A stretch of DNA of 22,172 nucleotides. Origin: a virus. Its lineage: Duplodnaviria; Heunggongvirae; Uroviricota; Caudoviricetes. The stretch lies in the IMG/VR virus record IMGVR_UViG_2585427761_000022. One strand, 5' to 3'. Positions 1 through 7,685 of this stretch are shown here, piece by piece. The position numbers and the translations under genes are program-made. Under the pieces are notes generated by a model that saw nothing but the letters and a program-made list of their open reading frames with translations, ran no database searches and was not told where the DNA came from. Each line of letters opens with the position of its first letter. Within the stretch, counting starts at the first letter, position 1.

Positions 1-1002
1 TTACCCTCTATTGTCAAAAGGGTTCAATTCAACAGCAGCCTCTAAATGACCTGGAGCAAAATGCGCATAACGCATAGTCATTTTTATATCGCTATGCCCC
101 AGTATTTTTTGCAACACAAGAATATTTCCGCCCCGCATCATAAAATGACTGGCAAACGTGTGACGTAGCACATGAGTTAATTGCCCATCAGGAAGCTCGA
201 TCTTCGCTCTCTTAATTGCAGCGTCAAAAGCCTCATAACATGGTGAAAATAGCGCTCCTCGTTTTTTAGGAAGCATAGCCTGCAATTGAGGTGAAATCGG
301 TACAGTGCGGTTCTTCTTTCCTTTAGTTTTAACAAATGTGATTCGACCGGGCAGTACTTGAGATTGCTTTAATCCTTCTGCTTCACTCCACCGAGCACCC
401 GTCGCAAGCCCAATACGGACAACAACCCCCAAATCTTTATTCCGTGACTCATCACACGCAATCAGAAGGCGTTCAATCTCATCTACATACAGAAACGCCA
501 GTTCCTTTTCTTCCTCACGAAACTTGCGAATACCAGTCAGGGGGTTTTCACCAGACCACTCCCCAAGGCGCTTCAGTTCGGCAAAAACAGCATGTAGATA
601 TGACTGCTCGCGATTAACGGTTGCTTCACTAAGTTTTTTCTTCCCCTTGGGATTCCATTCTCCTGATAGCCTTCTTTCCCGATAAGTAGCAAACATATTT
701 TTGTCAAACTGAGAAGCAAATGGATCTCCCAGCCTGGAACAAATCGCCTCAAGTTTGACTTTGCGCTCTGCACCAGAGGACAAGGTTTTACCGTACATCT
801 CAAACCAACGAGCAATCAACTCAGAAAGACGAGGACCAGAACCATCTTGAAACTCGTCTCCAACTCTACTATTCATTAAACGGCGCTCATAAGAGAGCGC
901 CTCACTTTTTGTCGCAAACTGTTTACGAATGCGTTTTCCCGATGCCCCGTAGGGATAACATTCGCAAAGCCATTTACCTGATGGAATCTTACGAACCGAC
1001 AT
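1..1002 (-). CDS. int: P2-family tyrosine integrase, complete (stop at 1-3, ATG at 1000-1002)
   Basis: 333-aa ORF with a C-terminal catalytic block HVLRHTFASHFMMRGG...MTMRYAHFAP typical of phage tyrosine recombinases; sits at the prophage end next to the repressor as in P2. Confidence 0.9.
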   Translation of the reverse strand: MSVRKIPSGKWLCECYPYGASGKRIRKQFATKSEALSYERRLMNSRVGDEFQDGSGPRLSELIARWFEMYGKTLSSGAERKVKLEAICSRLGDPFASQFDKNMFATYRERRLSGEWNPKGKKKLSEATVNREQSYLHAVFAELKRLGEWSGENPLTGIRKFREEEKELAFLYVDEIERLLIACDESRNKDLGVVVRIGLATGARWSEAEGLKQSQVLPGRITFVKTKGKKNRTVPISPQLQAMLPKKRGALFSPCYEAFDAAIKRAKIELPDGQLTHVLRHTFASHFMMRGGNILVLQKILGHSDIKMTMRYAHFAPGHLEAAVELNPFDNRG

Positions 1003-1007
1003 TTTAG

Positions 1008-1355
1008 TTACTTATCACATAAATCAAATGCAGCCTTAGTGACATCCCCCAGACTCTTTTTTAACCCTGGGGCGGCATCATTATCTAGCCAAAATGGATT
1101 ATTGTTATCTAACGGTAACGCACCAAATGTTTTACCTTTTATTCGAGCCAAACCTGTAAGTGCATATAACTTATTATCGTCAAAATTCATCACATAAGGA
1201 TTACCATCAAGACACTGTAATTGAACCTCATCAGTATTAAATGGCCATACCCCATTGAAACTCTCACGTTCAATAGTTTTAAAAGGCATTGCGACGGCGG
1301 AAAAAGAAAACATAGATAAAAAAGTAACTAATAGTTGAACCTTTTTTACTTTCAT
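1008..1355 (-). CDS. Small secreted/periplasmic protein (115 aa) with a cleavable signal peptide and two Cys; possibly DUF2511/YebY-like (memory only)
   Basis: N-terminal signal peptide MKVKKVQLLVTFLSMFSFSAVA; RBS GAGGT 7 nt upstream of ATG; AT-rich; co-oriented between int and the upstream membrane-protein gene. Confidence 0.7.
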   Translation of the reverse strand: MKVKKVQLLVTFLSMFSFSAVAMPFKTIERESFNGVWPFNTDEVQLQCLDGNPYVMNFDDNKLYALTGLARIKGKTFGALPLDNNNPFWLDNDAAPGLKKSLGDVTKAAFDLCDK

Positions 1356-1384
1356 ATCATTACCTCAATTTAGCTCAAGTAAGA

Positions 1385-2035
1385 TTACAAATTAAAAAAC
1401 GCCCTAGAAATGACACCGCCTACCAAAACCCCTACGCAGATAAAGAATATTATTTCTTTTGGATAAAGTCGGATTAATTCTGAAGCACGAAGTCGGACTT
1501 CTGGTAAGGTCGAACTCTCTGTGTGGCTTGATGCCGATTGTTGCTCTAACCACGACAATGCAGACTGTAACTGAGAACGAGTAAGATCGTTTAAACGTCC
1601 TGTACCGAAATTGATATGGCAATACCGCAGAAGTTTTTGTCGAAGTCCACAGTCTTCACTGTTACGTAGTAATAAACTTACAAGAGCCTTACAGGCATCA
1701 TGATCTTTACATCGCTCAAGCATTGCATGCAGAAAACTCTCCGCTGTTTTATATTGATTTACTGTCATATCATCAATACCAGCTACACCAATCTCCGCAT
1801 GTACTTTTTGCCAAATAATAAACGCTTCAGTATTGCTAGCTTCTGCAATAGCAGCAACCAAGCTATTTAGCTCCTTACGCTGAGCCTTAAGCAAAGGGCG
1901 ATCGTCATCATCATTATTCGAAGGGATTGCGATATTGACGGTCTGAGAACCATCATATCGCTCTATCTGAATATTCTTTTCGTGAAAATCACGCCCAGCA
2001 ACGCGATTGTTTGAACCGTTTGAGTTGACGGCCAT
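1385..2035 (-). CDS. C-tail-anchored membrane protein (216 aa), function unknown; N-terminus shares the motif NNR[IV]AGRD[YF] with the repressor C-terminus
   Basis: Strong RBS GGGAGGTG before ATG; single C-terminal hydrophobic helix IIFFICVGVLVGGVI; Cys-rich central region; separated from the repressor gene by three stops TGA-TAG-TAG. Confidence 0.75.
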   Translation of the reverse strand: MAVNSNGSNNRVAGRDFHEKNIQIERYDGSQTVNIAIPSNNDDDDRPLLKAQRKELNSLVAAIAEASNTEAFIIWQKVHAEIGVAGIDDMTVNQYKTAESFLHAMLERCKDHDACKALVSLLLRNSEDCGLRQKLLRYCHINFGTGRLNDLTRSQLQSALSWLEQQSASSHTESSTLPEVRLRASELIRLYPKEIIFFICVGVLVGGVISRAFFNL

Positions 2036-2050
2036 GTCACCTCCCTACTA

Positions 2051-2455
2051 TCACCTACCCTTAGTTTCGTTATAGTCACGACCAGCGATACGGTTATTAC
2101 CACCAGAAATATTTAACTCACGTCCTGATGGCTGAGTTTCCTTTTCACTGATCGCACCTTTTAAAGCCCCAATCACCGCATTTTTCACATCTAACGAAGC
2201 TGCTCGAAAGCGAGTAATCAACTCCTGCTCATCATCGTTATAAGTTTCAGGTGAGTGAATTCCCAACACAACATACTGAACATCAAGGCCAAAACGAGAC
2301 AGCGCTGCCAAATACGCAGCATCAGGAAAGCTATCTCCTTTCTCATATCTAAGCTGAGTTAGCTTTTTGACTCCACCAATGTCGCTCATGGCAACTTGAC
2401 TAAGTCCCAATCTTTCCCTTTCCTCACGCAACCGCTGACCAATATCATTTTTCAT
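2051..2455 (-). CDS. Immunity repressor analogue (functional equivalent of P2 C / 186 CI), XRE-family HTH with a C-terminal extension
   Basis: N-terminal Cro/C1-type HTH (LGLSQVAMSDIGGVKKLTQLRYEKG); divergent from the early operon; first gene of a leftward operon ending at int. Confidence 0.85.
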   Translation of the reverse strand: MKNDIGQRLREERERLGLSQVAMSDIGGVKKLTQLRYEKGDSFPDAAYLAALSRFGLDVQYVVLGIHSPETYNDDEQELITRFRAASLDVKNAVIGALKGAISEKETQPSGRELNISGGNNRIAGRDYNETKGR

Positions 2456-2530
2456 ACAAAAACCTTGACAGGTATCTTTTTTGATACCAAAATGATTTCA
2501 CGAGCTATTAGATGATCACAATATACCACT
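2456..2530. promoter_or_regulatory. Divergent lysogenic/lytic switch region with candidate operator: inverted repeat GGTATC-T6-GATACC (2471-2488) abutting a TTGACA -35-like hexamer (2465-2470)
   Basis: 75-bp intergenic region between divergently oriented repressor and early operon; perfect 6-bp inverted repeat with 6-nt spacer. Confidence 0.5.
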
Positions 2531-2737
2531 ATGAAACAAGTTCTTCACGATACCAGATCACGCATTCCGCGTAACACCGCCACAGGTCCAAGACTGGCAC
2601 TTCGGCTGTCCCTCGAGGAGCGAGCCGTCATTGATGAAATGGCAGCTAAAGAACAACGCTCATCCTCTAACATGGCGCGCATGATCTTCCTTCGCGGCCT
2701 AGAGCTAACCCAGAAAGAACAAAACAAATCTTCCTGA
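2531..2737 (+). CDS. Small ribbon-helix-helix-like DNA-binding protein (68 aa), first gene of the early operon
   Basis: Segment LSLEERAVIDEMAAKEQRSSSNMARMIFLRGLE resembles CopG/MobC-type RHH domains; ATG start but no clear RBS. Confidence 0.5.
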   Translation: MKQVLHDTRSRIPRNTATGPRLALRLSLEERAVIDEMAAKEQRSSSNMARMIFLRGLELTQKEQNKSS

Positions 2738-2753
2738 TCAGGAGGCTAGTGGG

Positions 2754-2957
2754 ATGTCAGGTATAACCATCAATATCAATGTGAATGCCCCCTATGTATC
2801 CCTGCAGAAATATGCAGAGATAACAGGTATCCCTCTTAATACATGCAAAAAGATGTTGGCTGACGGTCGAATTATTATCCGACCCAAACGCGCCAAAATG
2901 GAAAAGCCTGAAGTAAACCTTGTGGCGATGTTAAAAGACGCTTTGGCTAACAGCTAA
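2754..2957 (+). CDS. Cox/Apl-like small HTH regulator or excisionase-type protein (67 aa)
   Basis: Strong RBS AGGAGG 9 nt upstream; HTH-like segment YVSLQKYAEITGIPLNTCKKMLADGRI; position equals cox/apl in P2/186. Confidence 0.7.
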   Translation: MSGITININVNAPYVSLQKYAEITGIPLNTCKKMLADGRIIIRPKRAKMEKPEVNLVAMLKDALANS

Positions 2958-2978
2958 AACAATGAACAGAGCACCATC

Positions 2979-3329
2979 ATGAAAAAAAACGCTAATAATC
3001 CATACTCCAAATTTCGTAATGGCGTAGAACGCCATGTACACCACGTCGCTACCAGTGCATCACGTAGTAACAGTCGCTATAACCTGAACGAGACGCACGC
3101 AACACCGGATGGCCACGCTGTAAAACAAATCGGCGAGCATGCCTGGCTGATTGAGAAAGCTGGAATCGTGGTCCACAAATGCCCACGCAATCCGTTTACC
3201 GGAAACCGCATTTTTGCATTGAACTGCGGCGACAATCACTTCGGGCAGGATTTCACATTATACGAAGCACTTCGCACGGTTGATCGTCTGCTTCGCGGGC
3301 AAAGTTTTATTAAACAGGCTGATTTATAA
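2979..3329 (+). CDS. Hypothetical early protein (116 aa)
   Basis: ORF in early operon, co-oriented and tightly packed; weak RBS; no recognisable domain. Confidence 0.55.
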   Translation: MKKNANNPYSKFRNGVERHVHHVATSASRSNSRYNLNETHATPDGHAVKQIGEHAWLIEKAGIVVHKCPRNPFTGNRIFALNCGDNHFGQDFTLYEALRTVDRLLRGQSFIKQADL

Positions 3330-3339
3330 CAGGTGCTTT

Positions 3340-3618
3340 ATGACCAAAGAGCATGCACAAGGTGTATTTATCCGTTTTATTGATTTTCGCGGTGAACTGT
3401 TATTACGCGCATCAGCCATTGACGTAGTTGTTCCATCCGAAAAAAACGCAGCTACTTACGTTTATCTGAACGGTACGCGCCTGACTGTGGAGCTTCCGTA
3501 CCAGACCGTACGAGAAATCATTAGCGAAGCTGAAAAGGCACGTCAGGTTAATGGCGATGAACCCTATATCGAAATTATTTGTATGGATTCAGAAGCTGAA
3601 ATTCAGAAAGCAGATTAA
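3340..3618 (+). CDS. Hypothetical early protein (about 92 aa; internal ATG of the 3280-3618 ORF)
   Basis: ATG at 3340 preceded by AGGTG; upstream part of the track ORF overlaps the preceding gene. Confidence 0.6.
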   Translation: MTKEHAQGVFIRFIDFRGELLLRASAIDVVVPSEKNAATYVYLNGTRLTVELPYQTVREIISEAEKARQVNGDEPYIEIICMDSEAEIQKAD

Positions 3619-3629
3619 AGGGCGTTGTG

Positions 3630-3872
3630 ATGGGCAAAGAATATAAAACTCTCATTAACAAAGCACTTGAGCGTTTTTATTTTCGCTTAAGTGCATCAGG
3701 CGCTCATGCTGAACGTGCGGCCCGTGACTCATTGACCAGAGCAATCCGAAGTCTGTATGACGTGGCTTTTTACGCTGATGATCTGGATGCACTTAACGAA
3801 CTTTCCGAGCTGATCTATGCCGCAGAATGCGGGGAACATATTGAACCGTATAAGCTGGGAAATATCGCATGA
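3630..3872 (+). CDS. Hypothetical early protein (80 aa), predicted helical
   Basis: ATG at 3630 (GTG at 3627 also possible); ORF in operon context. Confidence 0.6.
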   Translation: MGKEYKTLINKALERFYFRLSASGAHAERAARDSLTRAIRSLYDVAFYADDLDALNELSELIYAAECGEHIEPYKLGNIA

Positions 3873-3982
3873 GTATATTTATCTCATGGCTTGTTCTGAT
3901 TATTTCGGTGGTCTGCGCCATTGGGATTATGCGAATTACTAATTCAGTAAAAAAGATTGAACGCTTTTTCACTGAAGAATAA
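3869..3982 (+). CDS. Small hydrophobic peptide (37 aa, MSIFISWLVLIISVVCAIGIMRITNSVKKIERFFTEE), single predicted TM helix; not in the supplied ORF track
   Basis: ATG overlaps the stop of the preceding gene (ATGA coupling); hydrophobic core followed by a charged tail. Confidence 0.4.
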   Translation: MSIFISWLVLIISVVCAIGIMRITNSVKKIERFFTEE

Positions 3983-4068
3983 CCGCGCAAATAAGACCCC
4001 AGGTTAAATAAGAAAATGTGAAAACAATCCGCATTCGCGGAGGTATTCGCACACGCCAAGGAGGCGTA

Positions 4069-4272
4069 ATGGCAATTAAGCATTTTCCCGTCGTTCGTTT
4101 CACCTCCAAAGGACGTGAATACGAAGTTGACGAACGCCTGATTACCACAATCGACAAACACCGTTCAGAAAAGGATGCATATCACATCTATCTCACTGAC
4201 GGCACTTACTTTTGCGCCACCAACGTGGTGCAGGTAAATCTTATCAGACAGGTACAGGAGTCACGCAGATGA
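4069..4272 (+). CDS. Hypothetical early protein (67 aa)
   Basis: Strong RBS AAGGAGG 7 nt upstream of ATG at 4069; the longer GTG-initiated track ORF from 4018 is less likely. Confidence 0.6.
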   Translation: MAIKHFPVVRFTSKGREYEVDERLITTIDKHRSEKDAYHIYLTDGTYFCATNVVQVNLIRQVQESRR

Positions 4273-4514
4273 CCATTCTGGACTACATCGCTGCCAATCC
4301 GGGTTGTAGCGGTGGAGAAATCGCCGCAGCACTGAATACACCAACCACAACCATTAATGCGGAGCTACGCCGTCTCTGGCGCAGCGGTTCAGTCATAAGA
4401 AAAGAGCGCAAAACAGGCGGTCGCTTTTCTTATCAGGTAAACCCGATGCCGTTTGGGTGTAGCAACCCACTAACCCAGATGTTCAACCAGCTACTGAGGG
4501 AAATCAGAGCATGA
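4269..4514 (+). CDS. Small winged-helix-like DNA-binding protein (81 aa)
   Basis: ATGA start/stop overlap with the upstream gene; segment SGGEIAAALNTPTTTINAELRRLWRSGSVIRKE looks like a wHTH. Confidence 0.6.
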   Translation: MTILDYIAANPGCSGGEIAAALNTPTTTINAELRRLWRSGSVIRKERKTGGRFSYQVNPMPFGCSNPLTQMFNQLLREIRA

Positions 4515-4655
4515 GCACCTCCAACTGCCGGAAACCACGTCGGGCTTCAGCAGCTCATCCGGCAGCAAAACAAACTCCATTAATTCCTGTTCCGGGTCTT
4601 TCCTGCACCTTGTGGCGGGAGGCCTTCGCACATCTGTAACAAGAGGATTGCCGCA

Positions 4656-5021
4656 ATGATTCTCGCCAACGACTTTCTTGAATACCTGCTCAACACAGAG
4701 CGTGATCTTGCCGTTCGCGTGCGTGAACGTTATGACATGTACCTGAAATCCCTGCCTGTACCGCAGCTCGCTGACGGAAAGATTGTTATTGATGGTCGCT
4801 ACATGATTGACAGCCACGAGGGAAATTACAGGCTTTACCGCATTGAAGGTGGCACCCCGTCCGTTATTGGCATTTACCAGCGCCCATCCTCTGCAATCGT
4901 CAATGTGATTGCCGACAGCATCCGCATCACACATCGCCATGCCGACACAGAAGACACCGTGCTGGAAATTCAGCGGCTGGCTACAGTCTGCCGCGACACC
5001 CTGAATGGCATGACGAAGTAA
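4656..5021 (+). CDS. Hypothetical early protein (121 aa) immediately upstream of A; possible P2 B-like replication accessory (position only)
   Basis: RBS AAGAGGA about 9 nt upstream of ATG; operon context. Confidence 0.6.
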   Translation: MILANDFLEYLLNTERDLAVRVRERYDMYLKSLPVPQLADGKIVIDGRYMIDSHEGNYRLYRIEGGTPSVIGIYQRPSSAIVNVIADSIRITHRHADTEDTVLEIQRLATVCRDTLNGMTK

Positions 5022-5027
5022 ATCACT

Positions 5028-7685
5028 ATGACGGCAGAGTACATCAGGGACTGGCAACAACCGCGCCACGCAGTGGGGCGTGAAGGAACGGGGATCCCCG
5101 CTCCTGAATCCGCGCTTTCCTCCTGGCTGGATGCCTACCGGGCAGAGAACGAGCGCCGCCAGGAAATGGCTGATGCGGCGTTCTCCGCCACGCCGCTGGG
5201 CAACCTGATTAATAAAAGCCTGGACGCACAGGAAAAACAGGACAAAACAATCACACTGGCAGGAGACGCCAGAAAACAGGCACGCGGCGCGGTAGATGAG
5301 GCCATGGCCTCACTGCGCCTGCTGCCGTCCTATCTGCGCGATCCGCTTATTCGCCACCTCTCCTTCCTGCGCAAAAAACAGGAAGCCGATCGTCAGAAAG
5401 GAAAAAACGCCAGGCAGGCAGAACGCTATGCGCGTGGGACCCTGCGCAAAATATTCGAACGTCTGGAGCGCACCGATCACCGCTGGCTGACATCGGGTTA
5501 TCGCTCCCTTGCCGGACGTGAACGCCTGGACGATTTGCTTTACCTGCCGCAACTCAACAAACACCAGATACAGACGCTGGCCACCATGACGGCGGCGATG
5601 TTCAGCAGCACCTTCGAAAAACTCTGCGATGGTTTTGGCGCGACTGATGGCGAGCTGACCATGGATGTAACGCTGAAGGCGTATCAGATGCTGGCCCGCA
5701 TGGCGTTACACTTACACGCCATGCCTCCGCATTATGACGCACTGACAACAGACAAAGACCGGAGGCACGAACCGGACACAGAACTGCTGCCGGGCGCAAT
5801 CCTTCGCCTGACCTGTGCGGAATGGTGGAAACGCAAACTGTGGCTGTTACGTTGCGAGTGGAGAGAAGAACAACTCCGCGCCGCCTGTCTGGTTTCCAGA
5901 AAAACATCGCCCTATCTGAGCCAGGACGCGTTAAGCGAGTTTCGCGCACAGCGCGAGAAAACACGCGATTTCCTGAAAAGTTTCATGCTGGAAAATGAAG
6001 ACGGGTTCACGATTGATCTCGAGACGGTGTATTACGCGGGAGTAAGTAACCCGGTTCACCGTAAGGCAGAAATGATGGCCACCATGAAGGGGCTGGAACT
6101 TCTGGCCGAAGCCCGTGGCGACAAAGCGGTGTTTCTGACTGTCACCTGCCCGTCAAAATACCACGCCACAACGGAGAACGGTCATCCGAATCCCAAATGG
6201 AACGGGGCCACAATGCGCGACTCCAGCGATTACCTGGTTAACACGTTTTTTGCGGCGGTCCGCAAAAAACTGAACCGCGACGACCTGCGCTGGTATGGCA
6301 TCCGCACGGTGGAGCCTCATCATGACGGCACCGTGCACTGGCATATGATGGTCTTTGCACATCCGGAAGAAATCGACACCATTGTGTCCCATACCCGCGA
6401 TATTGCCATTCAGGAAGACCGCCACGAGCTGGGCAATGATATTACTCCGCGCTTTAAGGTGGAGTATGTCGACGGCTCAAAAGGCACGCCAACCAGCTAC
6501 ATCGCCACCTACATCGGAAAGAACCTGGACAGCCGCGCCGTGGATGGCATCGACCCGAAAACGGACAAGCCACGCGTGGACCACGAAACCGGAAAATCAA
6601 TGGCCGAGAGCGTGGAACGCGCCATCGGCTGGGCGCGTCTTCACCGCGTCCGCCAGTTCCAGTTCTTTGGTATCCCCCCCCGTCAGGTATGGCGTGAACT
6701 CCGCCGCCTTGCCAGTCAGATGGCCCGCAACCCGGAAGGTCCACAACGTCTGGAAAATGACGCAATGGATGCGGTACTCGCTGCCGCTGATGCCGGGTGT
6801 TTTGCCACCTACATTGAGAAACAGGGTGGCGTACTTGTTCCACGCAAAGACTACCTGATTCGCACCGCCTACGACCTCGCAGAAGAGCTGAACGATTACG
6901 GCGAGCAAAGCGTACAGATTTACGGGATCTGGTCGCCACAAATCGGGGAATCTTCCCGCGTGTGCACGCACCCGGATAACTGGAAGCTGGTAAGACGTAA
7001 ACCGGAAGCGGAAGACAGCGCCCGCGAAAATGGTTTTGACCTTCAGGGCGGCCCTGCCGCCCCTTGGACTCGTGGCAATAACTGTCCCCGTGTACAGGAA
7101 ACGGACAACAACGGGACAGAACAGCCGGAAGAACGGCCAGCACCGTGGCCGCAGCTCCCTGACGGCGTTGAAGTGAACGAATGGATGCGCTCACTGAAAC
7201 GGCACGAACGCCGGGCGCTGATGCGTTCGCTTCGTGACAAACAGGCAAAAAACAGCAGTGATGAAGCGCAGAGCTGGACACAGAGCCGCAAACAGCAGCG
7301 GCCTTTGCCTGATAACCACGAATTACTCGCTAAAGAATGGCGGGAGTCTGCTGAATCTCTCGGCCTGCATATCGGTGAACAACAGATGCAGCACCTGTTA
7401 CGGGGCGGCAGTCTGTACGTTGACGGCAGCATCATTGCACCGCAGGGATTTGAAATTGTACGCAAACCGGATACCCGCCTGGACAGCCGAATCACGCAGC
7501 TCTGGCAGCGCCTGAGCCGTAATCATGGCGTAAGCAGCACGGAGATCCGCCATAACCCGGTCGCCAGCTATCTGGCACAGCTGGGGGCATCAGACCCTGA
7601 AGCCGCCGCACGCCTGGCATCGCCCCCATCAGTTGCGGCGGAACGCGGTGCGCAGCCAGCACATCATCACGGGATGCCGCCTTAA
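5028..7685 (+). CDS. A: Replication initiation protein A (rolling-circle HUH endonuclease) of P2-like phages, 885 aa with a long C-terminal extension
   Basis: HUH-like motif GTVHWHMMVF and paired active-site tyrosines in TSYIATYIGK (Y-x3-Y); size and position as P2 gpA. Confidence 0.85.
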   Translation: MTAEYIRDWQQPRHAVGREGTGIPAPESALSSWLDAYRAENERRQEMADAAFSATPLGNLINKSLDAQEKQDKTITLAGDARKQARGAVDEAMASLRLLPSYLRDPLIRHLSFLRKKQEADRQKGKNARQAERYARGTLRKIFERLERTDHRWLTSGYRSLAGRERLDDLLYLPQLNKHQIQTLATMTAAMFSSTFEKLCDGFGATDGELTMDVTLKAYQMLARMALHLHAMPPHYDALTTDKDRRHEPDTELLPGAILRLTCAEWWKRKLWLLRCEWREEQLRAACLVSRKTSPYLSQDALSEFRAQREKTRDFLKSFMLENEDGFTIDLETVYYAGVSNPVHRKAEMMATMKGLELLAEARGDKAVFLTVTCPSKYHATTENGHPNPKWNGATMRDSSDYLVNTFFAAVRKKLNRDDLRWYGIRTVEPHHDGTVHWHMMVFAHPEEIDTIVSHTRDIAIQEDRHELGNDITPRFKVEYVDGSKGTPTSYIATYIGKNLDSRAVDGIDPKTDKPRVDHETGKSMAESVERAIGWARLHRVRQFQFFGIPPRQVWRELRRLASQMARNPEGPQRLENDAMDAVLAAADAGCFATYIEKQGGVLVPRKDYLIRTAYDLAEELNDYGEQSVQIYGIWSPQIGESSRVCTHPDNWKLVRRKPEAEDSARENGFDLQGGPAAPWTRGNNCPRVQETDNNGTEQPEERPAPWPQLPDGVEVNEWMRSLKRHERRALMRSLRDKQAKNSSDEAQSWTQSRKQQRPLPDNHELLAKEWRESAESLGLHIGEQQMQHLLRGGSLYVDGSIIAPQGFEIVRKPDTRLDSRITQLWQRLSRNHGVSSTEIRHNPVASYLAQLGASDPEAAARLASPPSVAAERGAQPAHHHGMPP

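Noticed and set aside
2545-2727. 60-aa minus-strand ORF overlapping the RHH-like ORF
   Set aside because: Either strand could in principle code here; the plus-strand ORF was preferred because its product has a recognisable RHH-like pattern and fits operon direction, but confidence is only moderate.
4018-4068. GTG-initiated N-terminal extension of the 4018-4272 ORF
   Set aside because: The extension contains the strong AAGGAGG RBS for the ATG at 4069, so 4069 is the likelier start.
4491-5069. 192-aa minus-strand ORF overlapping the winged-helix gene and the 121-aa gene
   Set aside because: Plus-strand genes here have RBSs and start/stop coupling consistent with the early operon; the minus-strand ORF runs against operon direction and has no evident RBS.
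5296-7495. Multiple long ORFs antisense to or frame-shifted within gene A (for example 6454-7281 minus 275 aa, 6355-6858 plus 167 aa, 7043-7495 minus 150 aa, 5602-5964 minus 120 aa)
   Set aside because: Arg/Cys/Pro-rich low-complexity translations typical of off-frame reading of GC-rich coding DNA; no RBS or operon logic; they lie entirely inside a well-supported gene.
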